From Desulfobacterales bacterium (GTDB lineage: Bacteria; Desulfobacterota; Desulfobacteria; Desulfobacterales; UBA5852), in NCBI GenBank assembly GCA_963674755.2, contig CAXXVS010000003.1, positions 1,184,001-1,248,000 of the forward strand: 64,000 bases of DNA, in the 5' to 3' direction. A program made the translations under genes and the position numbers. Under the pieces are notes generated by a model, which had not been told where the DNA came from, did no database searches, and was given only the letters and a program-made list of their open reading frames with translations. Below, one piece after another: positions 19,554 through 30,091 of the stretch; positions within the stretch are counted from its first letter, which is position 1; each line of letters begins with the position of its first letter.

Positions 19554-20975
19554 TCAGCGGCCGTAGTCGTCTTCGAAGCGGGTAATGTCGTCCTCCCCCA
19601 GATAGCTGCCGGTGCGGACCTCGATAATCTCCAGGGGAATTTTCCCCGGATTGGAGAGGCGGTGCGGCATGCCGGTGGGGATGTAGGTGGATGAATCCTC
19701 CCGCAGGAGAAATTCCTCCTCGCCTCGCTCCACCAAGGCGGTTCCCTTGGCTACGATCCAGTGTTCGGCCCGGTGGTGATGCTGCTGCCGGCTGATGCGG
19801 GCCTTGGGCTTTACAACCAGGCGTTTCACCTGAAACCGCTCGGAGGCGATAATACTGTCCACCGTGCCCCAGGGGCGGTAGACCTTGCGATGGCGCTCGA
19901 CTTCCCCGCGTTTCTGTTCCGTCAAGCGGGTCACCAGATGCTTCACGTCCTGGGCCCGCTCGCGGGGGCACACAAAAACGGCATCCGCCGTTTCGACGAT
20001 GATATGGCGGTCCACCCCGACGGCCGCCACCAGACGGTGGCCGGCGTGGATGACCGATTCGGTCACATCATGGAGCAGGGTGTCGCCCCGGGCGACATTG
20101 CCGTCCCCGTCCTTGCGGCCGGCTTCCCACAAGGCCTCCCAGGATCCCAGATCGCTCCATCCGGCATCCAGGGGCAGCATGGCCCCCAGGGTGGTCTTTT
20201 CCATCACCGCATAGTCGATGGAATTGGCCGGGCAGTTCCGGAAGGCTGCCTCATCCAGACGGAAAAAATCCAGATCATCGCGGCCGGCCGCCAGGGCCGC
20301 TTCACAGGCGGCCACCATTTCCGGCACCAGGCGCTTCATTTCCGCCAGCAGGGTGGATGCGCGGAATAGGAACATGCCGCTGTTCCAAAAATAGGTACCG
20401 GAGGCCAGATAGCCTTTCGCCGTGTCCCGATCCGGCTTTTCCACAAAGCGCTCGATGGCATAGGCCGGCGCTTCGGCGAAGGAGGATGGCAGAACGGCCC
20501 CGCGCTTGATGTAGCCGTACCCTGTTTCCGGCCGCGTGGGCAGGATGCCGAAAGTGACCAGACGTCCCTCTTCTGCCAGGGCCTGTCCCGCCGCCACCAT
20601 GCGGCGAAAGCGCTCCGGGCGTCCGATATAGTGGTCGGCCGGCAGGATCAAGAGGGCGGGATCGTCCCCCCCGCAGGAGGCCCTCAGGGCGGCCACGGCC
20701 ACGGCCGGAGCGGTGTTCCGTCCTACCGGTTCCAGGATGATGGCCGCCGGCGGCACGTCGATTTCGCGCAGCTGTTCGGCAATCATAAAGCGATGGTGCT
20801 CGTTGCAGATGACCACGGGCCGGGCCAGATCGTCCAATCCGTCCAGACGGCTGAGGGTCTCCTGGATCATGGATTGCGTTCCGACAAAAGGGAGCACCTG
20901 CTTGGGATGAAGCTGCCGCGAGAGCGGCCACAAGCGGGTTCCGGCGCCCCCCGCCAGGATAACCGGTACGATCAT
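19554..20975 (-). CDS. manC: Mannose-1-phosphate guanylyltransferase/mannose-6-phosphate isomerase
   Basis: [45 protein letters not shown]-terminal cupin (HHHRAEHW). Confidence 0.95.
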   Translation of the reverse strand: MIVPVILAGGAGTRLWPLSRQLHPKQVLPFVGTQSMIQETLSRLDGLDDLARPVVICNEHHRFMIAEQLREIDVPPAAIILEPVGRNTAPAVAVAALRASCGGDDPALLILPADHYIGRPERFRRMVAAGQALAEEGRLVTFGILPTRPETGYGYIKRGAVLPSSFAEAPAYAIERFVEKPDRDTAKGYLASGTYFWNSGMFLFRASTLLAEMKRLVPEMVAACEAALAAGRDDLDFFRLDEAAFRNCPANSIDYAVMEKTTLGAMLPLDAGWSDLGSWEALWEAGRKDGDGNVARGDTLLHDVTESVIHAGHRLVAAVGVDRHIIVETADAVFVCPRERAQDVKHLVTRLTEQKRGEVERHRKVYRPWGTVDSIIASERFQVKRLVVKPKARISRQQHHHRAEHWIVAKGTALVERGEEEFLLREDSSTYIPTGMPHRLSNPGKIPLEIIEVRTGSYLGEDDITRFEDDYGR

Positions 20976-21447
20976 CCGTCTATCTCCTTGGATTCAGGGA
21001 TGATGCCCGCAGCGAGCTTAGCATGCTGCGAAATGATGCAGTTTAAAAATAAATCCCTGAAAAGGCAACCGGGTTTCGCCTTGGCTGTCAACCCGGCTTC
21101 CGGAAACACTTGCCTATTTCAGGGACTGGCGGAGGAATTGTGGAATTGCATGCCGAACACCGGGATGAGGGCGGGGAGACTTGCCGTCCAAAGGTTCGGC
21201 CAGGGGTGACGGCCCACACCGCATCACTTCGCTTGGTCGGCCGGAGGAGATCCGGTATCTTGGATGGGGCATTGCTGAAAAAAAGGGGATAACGAGCGGG
21301 CAAGGCACAGGTTTGGGATTCCGGTGGCACACATGGAGTGCCCGCTCGTTATCGGATGCCTTCACACGGTGAAGACAAGTGGGGTCGGCCGGCCCGGTGG
21401 CCGGCATTTCCTGAAGCCTTGGCAGGGCATGCGCCCCCGGCACTGCT

Positions 21448-22788
21448 TCAGGAGAAAAAGATCGACGGCAGCCAGGTCACCAGCCCCGGGAAGATCGCAA
21501 TAACCAACAACCCGATCAATTGCAGGAGCACGAACGGCAGGATACCCCGGTAAATGTGCATCATGGTGTAGTCCTCGGGCGCCACCCCTTTGAAGTAGAA
21601 CAGGGCATAACCAAAGGGCGGCGTCAGGAACGAGGTCTGCAAGTTGACGCACATCAGCAGGGAAAACCACAACGGGTTGAAATCCAGCTCCATGGCAATG
21701 GGCATGAATATGGGCACCGTCACCAGGAGGATGGCCGCCCAATCGATGAACATCCCCATCAGAAAAACGATCAGCATCATGATGAGCAGGGCCACCCAGC
21801 GGTTCAACCCGCTGCCCACCAGCACGTCGGCCACCACGTCGCCGCCCCCCATGCTCAGGAAGACCGTGCTGAAAAACTTGCCCCCGATAAACAGCATCAT
21901 GACCATGGCGGTGGTCTTGAGGGTCGCAAAACAGGAGGATTTGATAACCTCCCAGGTGAATTTGCGGTTGAAAACCGCCAGGATGGCCGCCCCGGCCGCT
22001 CCCATGCCGGCCGCTTCGGTGGGGGTGGCCACGCCCGCCAGAATGGTCCCCATGACGGCCAGGATCAATGCCAGGGGGGGAATCAGGGACTTGAGCGTCA
22101 TGATCCATTTCTGGGCAGCGCTCCAGCGGGCCGCTTCCTCCCGCGAAATGGGGGGGCCGATTTCCGGCCGGAGCTGGCAGCGGACCAGGATATAGAAGAA
22201 ATAGAGTCCCGCCAGCAGCAGGCCCGGGAAGATGGCCCCGGCAAAGAGGTTGCCCACCGAGGTCTCCTTCATGCCCGTCAGGCCACCGTAGACCACCATC
22301 ATGATGCTGGGGGGGATCAGGATGCCCAGGGTACCGGCCGCGCAGATGATCCCGCTGGTGATCTCCTTCTGGTAGCCCTTCTTGAGGAGGGCCGGCGTGG
22401 CCAGCAGACCCATGGCCACCACTGAGGCGCCGATGATGCCGGTGGTGGCCGCAAAAACGGTGCACACCACCACCACGGCCAGTCCCAGCCCGCCTTTCAA
22501 ACTACCCAACACCACATAGAGGGCCTCGAAAAGCTGATCCGCCACCTTGGAGCGATCCAGCAACTGGGCCATGAGGATAAACAAAGGGATCGCCACCAGG
22601 ACGTAATTGTTCATCAGGCCCCAGGTGTTGTTGGCAAACATGTCGAACAGGGCCTGCACATTGAAGCCGTTGTCGATCAGCCCGAAAAGGGCAGCCACGG
22701 CCGCCAGGGTATAGGCGAGCGGGTGGCCGAGGCAGATGGCGAAGATCAGTGTGGCGAACATGGCCACAGTCAGGAATTCTGGACTCAT
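21448..22788 (-). CDS. dctM: TRAP transporter large permease
   Basis: LVAIPLFILM, GTLGILIPPS, GVATPTEA, SFLTPPFG; about 12 TM. Confidence 0.93.
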   Translation of the reverse strand: MSPEFLTVAMFATLIFAICLGHPLAYTLAAVAALFGLIDNGFNVQALFDMFANNTWGLMNNYVLVAIPLFILMAQLLDRSKVADQLFEALYVVLGSLKGGLGLAVVVVCTVFAATTGIIGASVVAMGLLATPALLKKGYQKEITSGIICAAGTLGILIPPSIMMVVYGGLTGMKETSVGNLFAGAIFPGLLLAGLYFFYILVRCQLRPEIGPPISREEAARWSAAQKWIMTLKSLIPPLALILAVMGTILAGVATPTEAAGMGAAGAAILAVFNRKFTWEVIKSSCFATLKTTAMVMMLFIGGKFFSTVFLSMGGGDVVADVLVGSGLNRWVALLIMMLIVFLMGMFIDWAAILLVTVPIFMPIAMELDFNPLWFSLLMCVNLQTSFLTPPFGYALFYFKGVAPEDYTMMHIYRGILPFVLLQLIGLLVIAIFPGLVTWLPSIFFS

Positions 22789-22817
22789 TGTCGGTTACCT
22801 CTTGATTTCCCGCTCGG

Positions 22818-23318
22818 TCAGCGCGCGCTGCGCAGCGTCTGAAAGTCGTGGATCAGGTTGGCGATACCCTGCATCAGCAGGAAGAACAGCGTCAGGGCCA
22901 TGATGAACTTGAAGGGATAGATGGGCGGCGCCCAGCTGGTGGGATTCAGCTCCCGGCCGATAATCGACAAGTAGGCGAATTTGAAAGACCAGATGGTCAG
23001 GCAGGTCATCACCGGCAGAAACAGCACCAGAGTGCAAAAAATTCCCAGGATGGCCTGGGTGCGCGTCGAAGCCCGGGCGGTGAAGATGTCGACCTTCACA
23101 TGGCCGCCGGTGACATCGCAATAGGCCAGCCCGAACATGTAGTGTATTCCGTAAAGAAAGGTCGTGGCCTCGAAGCCCCAGGTGGTGGGGGCGTTGAACA
23201 CGTAGCGCATGACCACTTCATAGACCACCACCAGCAGCAGGGGCAGCACCAGAAGGGAGCTGACCTCCCCCTGCTTGATGTTGAACGTATCGATTGCGTT
23301 GGCAATTTTTTCCAGCAT
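22818..23318 (-). CDS. dctQ: TRAP transporter small permease
   Basis: YEVVMRYVFNAPT.W, HVKVDIF; 4 TM; AAGGA RBS. Confidence 0.9.
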   Translation of the reverse strand: MLEKIANAIDTFNIKQGEVSSLLVLPLLLVVVYEVVMRYVFNAPTTWGFEATTFLYGIHYMFGLAYCDVTGGHVKVDIFTARASTRTQAILGIFCTLVLFLPVMTCLTIWSFKFAYLSIIGRELNPTSWAPPIYPFKFIMALTLFFLLMQGIANLIHDFQTLRSAR

Positions 23319-23437
23319 GCCTTGGTTCCTTTCAAACGGCATCTTATTCGGGCCCCGGCCAATGGACCGGCGGTCCGCCTCCATCGGAGGCGCGGACCGC
23401 CGATCCGCTGCTGCAAGGCGTCAGACCGCCACCGGCC

Positions 23438-24592
23438 TTATTCGGTGGTCCGGCCGCCGATGTAGGTTTCATAGGGCCAGGGGGTAACGCCGGAACGGGC
23501 ATCGCGCCAGTCGGCGAATTCCTCGACGAAGGCTTCCTGGGAATCGAGCACTTTTTTGACATCGGGGAACTTCGCTTTGAGCCCGTCCAGGTAGGCTTTG
23601 GTGGTCTTGCGGAAACTGATCCGGGTCTCCGGATCCATGGTCACGAATTCGATCTTCTCCTTGAACTTCTTGATGGCCTTGGCATTCAGGCCGTTGATCC
23701 AGTTATAGGACCACAACTGGGTTTCCTTGGCGCAGATCTTGACGATCCATTTGAGATCCTCGGGCAGTTTGTCCCAGGCTTCCTGGTTCATGATGATATC
23801 GCATTGGAAGGCCGGCTGGTGGACGCCCGGCTCAATCGCGTATTTGGTGATTTCATCGAACCCCATCGGATAGTTGATGGCCGGGGTCGAATATTCCGCG
23901 GCATCGATGACACCGCGCTCCAGGGCCAGATAGACCTCGCCGCCGGGCAGCGGGCTGACCGAAGCGCCCAGATTGTTCATGATGTCCATGTACCAACCCG
24001 GCGTACGGATCCGCATGCCTTTGAAATCGCCCATCTTGGTGGCCCGTTTGTTCGAAAACAGGCCCATTTCCTGACCGGTCTGGCCCGCCGGCAAGGCATA
24101 CAGGTTAAAGGGCTTGTAGAGTTCCTGAAGCAGTTCGAGCCCTCCCTTTTCATAGAGCCAGATGTTGTAGCCTTCGGCATCCAATCCGAAAGGCACCGAG
24201 GCAAAGGCTACGAAGGCTTCATTTTTCCCTTTCCAGTAGAGGGGCGAGGAGTGGGCGATCTGAGCCGATCCCTGGGAGACCGCGTCAAAGGTTTGATTGG
24301 CCGGAACGAGCTCGCCAGCGGAAAAGGGTTTGATGTCCAGCCGGCCGGCGGAGGCCAGACGCACGCTGTCCGCGAAATGCACGGCGATATCGTAAAACAG
24401 CAACCCCTTGGACCAGGGCATGACCATTTTCCAGCGGATGTTCTCATCCGAGGTCTTGAACTTCACGCGTTTGGCAACGTCGTGGCGTTCGTCGGTGCCG
24501 AACTTGCCACGTTTTTCAGCGGCATTGGCCAATGTCGCGATAAACGTCAAAACGAGCAATGAAGCGATGACAAGGCAAAACGTTCGTTTCAT
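23438..24592 (-). CDS. dctP: TRAP solute-binding protein (TakP/monocarboxylate-type)
   Basis: Signal peptide, FSAGELV, YWKGK, PFG, KGMRIRTPG, EVYLALERGVIDAAE. Confidence 0.9.
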   Translation of the reverse strand: MKRTFCLVIASLLVLTFIATLANAAEKRGKFGTDERHDVAKRVKFKTSDENIRWKMVMPWSKGLLFYDIAVHFADSVRLASAGRLDIKPFSAGELVPANQTFDAVSQGSAQIAHSSPLYWKGKNEAFVAFASVPFGLDAEGYNIWLYEKGGLELLQELYKPFNLYALPAGQTGQEMGLFSNKRATKMGDFKGMRIRTPGWYMDIMNNLGASVSPLPGGEVYLALERGVIDAAEYSTPAINYPMGFDEITKYAIEPGVHQPAFQCDIIMNQEAWDKLPEDLKWIVKICAKETQLWSYNWINGLNAKAIKKFKEKIEFVTMDPETRISFRKTTKAYLDGLKAKFPDVKKVLDSQEAFVEEFADWRDARSGVTPWPYETYIGGRTTE

Positions 24593-24644
24593 GATTCTCC
24601 CTCACTTGTTGGGGTTTGTGTTGGACAGCCGTCCAAACCCCTTA

Positions 24645-24660
24645 ATCAACAAGCGTGCCA
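24645..24660 (-). promoter_or_regulatory. Sigma-54 (-24/-12) promoter candidate for dctPQM
   Basis: Minus strand TGGCAC-GCTTG-TTGAT (GA instead of GC at -12), about 50 nt upstream of the dctP start. Confidence 0.6.
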
Positions 24661-24748
24661 CGCGCCGTTATCGATAAATAATGAAACATATTCAACTGGT
24701 TGTGACGTATTAGGCACCCTCTGCCCACAACGGGGGAACGGACCTCTG

Positions 24749-24968
24749 ATCCGAAAAATCAGACATCCGGGATGCGTGGCATCCCAGCCCGGAGCCGGCC
24801 CATTCGGACGTAACCCGCCAAGGCCGCCATTGGAGGGAATGGCTGTGAAAAACGTAGCCAAACAACTGGAAAGCCTGTGGGAAGGAAGACGATCGTGCGT
24901 CTTTTCGGACGGTTAAGAACGAAAGTCTGAAAAATCAGACTGCGGAGGCTGATTCCGAATTTTCAGAC
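24749..24968. promoter_or_regulatory. Four 16-bp palindromic activator sites (GTCYGA-N4-TCRGAC)
   Basis: 24749 ATCCGAAAAATCAGAC; 24895 GTGCGTCTTTTCGGAC; 24925 GTCTGAAAAATCAGAC (perfect arms); 24953 TTCCGAATTTTCAGAC. Confidence 0.75.
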
Positions 24969-24999
24969 AAGGCCGTTGAAAAGGGATGAAAACAGCCGA

Positions 25000-26445
25000 T
25001 CAGAAAGGAATGCCGTGCTTTTTCAGCATGGCGTAAAAGTGGGAGCGGGACAGGCCCGAATGGCGCACCATGTCCTGGATGTCACTTCCGCTGCGGCGCA
25101 CTATGGTCTCCAGATAAAGTCTTTCCATCTGCCGCTTGAAATCCTTGAGCGGCGGGAGATCGTGGCCTGCGAGCTGCCGGCCGGCGGCATCCTCCAGCGG
25201 GGACGCTCCCCCCCGATCCCCGGCAGCCGTTCGGGCGGAAGGGGCTCCGGATGACGCCCCCACTTTCGTACGGGTCACCTGGATGCGCAGTTCCTTGGGG
25301 AGGTGCAGGGGGAAAAGCATCTGGTTGGCGCCCGCCGCGACCACGGCCTGCTCCAGGGTATGGAAGAGCTCGCGTACGTTCCCGGGCCAGCGGTAGCCCT
25401 CCAGGGTTTTGAGAAACTCGGCGTCAAACCCTTTGGGGCTGGCGTTGATCTTGGCGGCCAGACGATCGAGATAGGCCAGCGTCAACGGCCGCAGGTCCTC
25501 CCGGCGCGCTCTGAGGGGCGGCAGATGCAGGGTGATGGTTTTCAGTCGGTAGAAGAGGTCCTCCCGGAACTGTCCGGAACTCACCATGCGGGGCAAGTCC
25601 CGGTGGGTCGCCGCGATCAGGCGAAAATCGCAGGGGACTTCCTGGCTGGCCCCGACCGGCCGGACCCTTTTCTCCTGCAGGACCCGCAGAAACGCTTTCT
25701 GGGAGTTGAGGGGCAGTTCGCCGATTTCGTCCAGGAAAAGCGTGCCCTGATGGGCCTGGCGGATCAGGCCCGGCCGGTCCCGGTCCGCCCCGGTGAAAGC
25801 GCCCTTGCGATGGCCGAACAGCAGGCTCTCCAAAAGGTTTTCGGAAAGGGAGGCGCAGTCCACCACCACGAAGTCCCGGGCGGCCCGGGGGCTGTTGTGG
25901 TGGATGGTGCGGGCGAAAAGCTCTTTGCCGGTACCGGTCTCGCCCGTGATCAACACCGTGAAATCCGTGCGCGAGGCCTGAGCGATCTTCTCGAAGCAGG
26001 CTTTGATTTCAGGGCTGTGGCCGATGATATCCCGCGTATTGAGCACCTCCAGGTCATGGCGCGAGGTTTTTTCAGACCGGTAGGCCAGCGCCCGCTGGAG
26101 GCTCAGCTTGGTGTTTTTCACCGGCGAAGGTTTGACCAGGTAATCCCAGACGCCGCCCTGGATGGCCAACTCGGCGCCGTCCGGATCGCCCTTGCCGGTC
26201 AATATAATAACCTCCGGACGGGAGGGAGCTTCCTTGATTTCCGGCAAGGCGTCGATGCCGTTGCCGTCCGGCAGCCGGACATCGAGGAAAACCACATCGA
26301 AGGCCTCGTCCTGCAGCCACCGCAGCCCTTCGCCCAGGGTCTCGGCGTAGCGGCCGTCGAAGCCCATGCGCTGGACCATGCTCAGCATGGTTTCGCACAC
26401 CTGGCGGTCGTCATCGACAATGAGGATATGGGGCGTGTCCACCAT
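25000..26445 (-). CDS. Sigma-54-dependent response regulator (REC-AAA+-HTH)
   Basis: Receiver (VDDD, FLDVRLPD), GETGTGKE, GAFTGA, LFLDEIGE, WPGNVREL. Confidence 0.95.
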   Translation of the reverse strand: MVDTPHILIVDDDRQVCETMLSMVQRMGFDGRYAETLGEGLRWLQDEAFDVVFLDVRLPDGNGIDALPEIKEAPSRPEVIILTGKGDPDGAELAIQGGVWDYLVKPSPVKNTKLSLQRALAYRSEKTSRHDLEVLNTRDIIGHSPEIKACFEKIAQASRTDFTVLITGETGTGKELFARTIHHNSPRAARDFVVVDCASLSENLLESLLFGHRKGAFTGADRDRPGLIRQAHQGTLFLDEIGELPLNSQKAFLRVLQEKRVRPVGASQEVPCDFRLIAATHRDLPRMVSSGQFREDLFYRLKTITLHLPPLRARREDLRPLTLAYLDRLAAKINASPKGFDAEFLKTLEGYRWPGNVRELFHTLEQAVVAAGANQMLFPLHLPKELRIQVTRTKVGASSGAPSARTAAGDRGGASPLEDAAGRQLAGHDLPPLKDFKRQMERLYLETIVRRSGSDIQDMVRHSGLSRSHFYAMLKKHGIPF

Positions 26446-26451
26446 GGGCGC

Positions 26452-29400
26452 TTATTCCAGAACTTCCCGAATCGCCTCGGACAGGATGGCCTTATTATAG
26501 GGTTTGATGACCACTTTGCGGATGGAATCGATCCGTGCTGCCATATCCACCGGGGCCTTGCGGCCGGTGACCATCAGGATCGGCGTCTCGGGATGCTTGA
26601 CCTTGACGGCTTCTGCAAGTTCGATGCCGTTGACTTCGGGCATGTCGAAGTCCGTGATCACCAAATGAAACGGTTCCCGGGCCTCATCGATGGCCGCCTT
26701 GGCGGCCTGGCCCCCATTGCGGGCTACCACCTCATAACCGAGGTTGCCGAGCACCCGCGGAATGAGCTCCAGCTGATCCGGGTCGTCTTCCACAAAGAGA
26801 ATGCGGCCTTTGCCCCGGTGAACAGCGGTCCGGGTTTCGGCGACGTCACTTGCCGTTCCGCTGCCGGCCGGCAGGAAAATATCGAAGGTGGTCTCCACAC
26901 CGGGCTGGCTGCCGACCCGGGCCGCGCCGTTGTGCCCTTTGATGATGCCGTGGGCCACGGCCAGACCGAGGCCGGTGCCTTCGCCCTTGCCCTTGGTGGT
27001 AAAAAAGGGATCAAAGATCTTGTCCTGGATATCAGCCGGAATGCCCGGACCGTTGTCGGAAATCGCGAGATTGAGATAGGCCCCGGCCTGGATGCCCAGC
27101 AGTTCCGCCTCGCCGGCATTGAGCAAGACCTGGCGAAGCCGGATGCGAATGTGTCCCCCGTGGCCCTTCAAGGCCTGGTAGGAGTTGGTGCAGAGGTTCA
27201 TCACGATCTGATGGATCTGGGTGGGGTCGGCCATGCAGGGGCTCAGATCCGGCGCGATCTGCAAATCCACTTCGATATTGCGGGGCAGCGAGGTGCTGAT
27301 CAGCTGCACCGCCTCCTGCACCACGCCGGCGATATCCGTCCGGCGGATCCCCTCCTGGTCCGCCCGGCTGAAAGTCAGGATCTGTTGCACCAGCTGACTG
27401 CCCCGTTCGGCCGCCTTGAGACTGCGCCGCAGGTCGCGGCCCGCCTGGCTCTCGGGGGCCACATCCTCCAGGGCCAATTCGGTGGAGTTGTAGATCGAGG
27501 TCAGGATGTTGTTGAAATCGTGTGCGATGCCGCCGGCCAGGGTGCCGATGGCCTCCATCTTGGTGGATTCGAGCATGCGGCGTTCCATGATGATGTTTTG
27601 GGTAATGTCCTCCGCGCTGGACAGCACTCCCACCACCGCGCCCTGATCGTCAAGCAGGGGCAGCCGGTTGACGAGCATCCAGCGCTTTTCCCCTCTGTGG
27701 TTGTGCACCGGCCAGCGCATGCGATAGGAGGGACGGTTGGCCTCCGCCACCTTGCGGTCTGTCTCCATGCTCTTGAGGCCCTCGGTCTTCTCCGGGAAGA
27801 GGTCGCTGTCCTGCCGGCCGATAATGGCATCCACGTCCGCAATGCCGAAAAAGTCCCCGAAGCTCTTGTTGGCCCCCAGATAGCGCAGCTTGCGGTCTTT
27901 CCAATGCACGAGCTGGGGGATGTTGTCCAGCACCAGTTTGAGCATCTGTCGGGAGGCACGCAGGTTCTTCTCCGCGGTTTTACGCTGGGTGATGTCTTCG
28001 ATGAAGCCTTCATAGTAGCCGATCCGGCCGTCTTCCCCCTGCACCGCACGCAAATGTTGGGTCACGATGATGCGCCGCCCGTCCCGGGTGCGGCATTCGC
28101 GCTCGAATTGGACCGGCGTCGGGAGGTCTTGGGCGTCGGCCGCCGCTTCCAGCGGCCGGATGCAGAGGGCTTCCGGCATCTCGGCCCCGGCGGCCGTCAG
28201 GGCCTCCCGGCTGTCGAACCCCAGCATCTGGGCCAAAGCCGGATTGGCGTCCAGGATGCGCCCGTCGGCCGACGATCGGAAAATGCCCAGGGCTGAATTT
28301 TCAAAAATGCTGCGATATTTTTCTTCGGCCTGAATCAGCTCGCGCTCCGCTTTTTTACGCGCCGTGATGTCGTAGATCACGCCCACCAGGCCGGAGATTT
28401 CGCCCTTGGCATTGCGGTAGCCGGCCTTGTGCAAAATCACGTCCCGCGGGGCCGTGTCGGCGCCCGGCAGTTGGACTTCATAGATGCGCACCCCGTCCCG
28501 GGCCATCAACTCGTCATCCACCCGATCCATCAGTCGGGCCGGGCCGTGGGCATCGAAGCTCTTGATATCGCAACCGATGATATCGCCGCGCGCCAGGTCG
28601 TACCATTTCTCGAAAGCCTCGTTGCACTCGGTCACCACGCCGTCACGGTCTTTAAAATAGATGGGGATGGGGATGGTGTTGACCAGGAGCTTGACAAAGG
28701 CCAGCTGTTCCTTGATGCGCTGTTCGATGGCGCGCCGCTCGGAGATGTTGAACATGAGCACCACCAGGGTCGCGGTGATCACCGTCATGGCGATGGCCAG
28801 CGCCCAGAAGAGCTGGGGGTTGATCTGAAACAGGTAGGAGGTGTGATTGATCAGGGCGCTTTCCGGCGGCAGGTCAGACGTGGATATATGAAACCGCTTC
28901 AATTGGTTGTTGTCGAAAATGATGGGTTCGTCCTGGGGGGTCTGGATCGGGATTCCGTCGATGGGCTCCCCCCGGAGTACCCGCACCAGCAGATCGCCCG
29001 CCGCCGCGCCGTGGGCATAACCGCTCAGCACTTTGCCGCCCACGATGCCCGAGCCCAGCATGAATTCCCAGTTGCTGTAGATGGGGGCGCTGGTGATCTG
29101 GCTAAGCTTGGCCACGATATCGTTGGCGGAATAGCGCTCCCCCTCGAAATCCATGTAAAAGGGGATGAAATAAAAAATGACATCGTCGGCCGCGTTCCGG
29201 GCCCGCTCCAGGAGCGGCTGGAGCTGGTCGGAGATCACGAATTCGATTTCCGGCCGGTCGTGAAAATCGGCGATGGCGGCCTTGATCTGGTTGCTGATGG
29301 CCGTGGCGGTGGTGGAGCGGTTGCCCATCACCACGATCTTGCGGCGGCCGGGATGAAACCGCAGGGCCATGCGCAGATTGGTCTTGACGTCGAAATCCTC

Positions 29401-29868
29401 GGTGACGCCGGTGATGTTGGCCTGATCCCGGATCATGGACGGATTGAAATCGTTGATTCCGCAGAACACCAGCGGTACGCCGGGGAAAAGCTCCTCGCGG
29501 AACTTCAGAATGAAATCGAAGGCATTGTTGTCCGACACAATGACGGCATCGAAATTAATGCCCTGATATTTATGGGCATAAATGCCGTAGAGATACCGCT
29601 CGACGTTGGCGTCGTAACGCTGTTTGGTATCCATGTATTCGATATGCAGGGCCACATTGAGCCCCGAGTGTTCGATGGCGCTCTGGATGCCTTCCATCAG
29701 GCTGTCCGACCAGGTGTAGCCGTTGTGGTAGGAATTGAGATAGAGTACATTCAGGCGATCGTGTCCGTCGGCCTGGACCCTATCGGCCGCACTGAGCAGC
29801 AAAATCCCGCAAACCGCCGTCCACCCAAGCATCGCGGCCGTCTTCCGCTTTTTCATAGCAAAACTCAT
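26452..29868 (-). CDS. Hybrid sensor histidine kinase (periplasmic binding-protein-like sensor, 3 PAS, HisKA/HATPase, REC)
   Basis: Signal/TM, YLNSYHNGYTWSD domain, TM, PAS repeats, AHDFNNILT, DPFFTTK, GTGLGL, C-terminal receiver. Confidence 0.93.
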   Translation of the reverse strand: MSFAMKKRKTAAMLGWTAVCGILLLSAADRVQADGHDRLNVLYLNSYHNGYTWSDSLMEGIQSAIEHSGLNVALHIEYMDTKQRYDANVERYLYGIYAHKYQGINFDAVIVSDNNAFDFILKFREELFPGVPLVFCGINDFNPSMIRDQANITGVTEDFDVKTNLRMALRFHPGRRKIVVMGNRSTTATAISNQIKAAIADFHDRPEIEFVISDQLQPLLERARNAADDVIFYFIPFYMDFEGERYSANDIVAKLSQITSAPIYSNWEFMLGSGIVGGKVLSGYAHGAAAGDLLVRVLRGEPIDGIPIQTPQDEPIIFDNNQLKRFHISTSDLPPESALINHTSYLFQINPQLFWALAIAMTVITATLVVLMFNISERRAIEQRIKEQLAFVKLLVNTIPIPIYFKDRDGVVTECNEAFEKWYDLARGDIIGCDIKSFDAHGPARLMDRVDDELMARDGVRIYEVQLPGADTAPRDVILHKAGYRNAKGEISGLVGVIYDITARKKAERELIQAEEKYRSIFENSALGIFRSSADGRILDANPALAQMLGFDSREALTAAGAEMPEALCIRPLEAAADAQDLPTPVQFERECRTRDGRRIIVTQHLRAVQGEDGRIGYYEGFIEDITQRKTAEKNLRASRQMLKLVLDNIPQLVHWKDRKLRYLGANKSFGDFFGIADVDAIIGRQDSDLFPEKTEGLKSMETDRKVAEANRPSYRMRWPVHNHRGEKRWMLVNRLPLLDDQGAVVGVLSSAEDITQNIIMERRMLESTKMEAIGTLAGGIAHDFNNILTSIYNSTELALEDVAPESQAGRDLRRSLKAAERGSQLVQQILTFSRADQEGIRRTDIAGVVQEAVQLISTSLPRNIEVDLQIAPDLSPCMADPTQIHQIVMNLCTNSYQALKGHGGHIRIRLRQVLLNAGEAELLGIQAGAYLNLAISDNGPGIPADIQDKIFDPFFTTKGKGEGTGLGLAVAHGIIKGHNGAARVGSQPGVETTFDIFLPAGSGTASDVAETRTAVHRGKGRILFVEDDPDQLELIPRVLGNLGYEVVARNGGQAAKAAIDEAREPFHLVITDFDMPEVNGIELAEAVKVKHPETPILMVTGRKAPVDMAARIDSIRKVVIKPYNKAILSEAIREVLE

Positions 29869-30028
29869 GTCAATTCAAACCCTTTCCAGCCCATCTCTTC
29901 CGGACCATCCCCCTGCATCCGGCATCCAGTACCCGGCCCCATGTCCCCGCCGATAGGCAACGGCAACAAGAAAACATGATGCCACGCCATTGCTGAGGCT
30001 TTGGACAACAAACCAATCCATTTCCATC

Positions 30029-30044
30029 TGCAAAATATACGCCA
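30029..30044 (-). promoter_or_regulatory. Sigma-54 promoter candidate upstream of the sensor kinase
   Basis: Minus strand TGGCGT-ATATT-TTGCA (GG-N10-GC). Confidence 0.45.
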
Positions 30045-30091
30045 TGGGATGCCGGCCGATCGCCCCTGATAGGCCGGGAATAAACGGCCTG

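Noticed and set aside
21054..21125. Possible c-di-GMP-I riboswitch (GGCAA...GTTGCC ends)
   Set aside because: The GNRA-capped stem and GCAAA junction core are not present; kept only as a generic hairpin.
25303..28296. 997-aa plus-strand ORF
   Set aside because: Antisense shadow of the kinase and regulator genes; typical of GC-rich DNA and without motifs.
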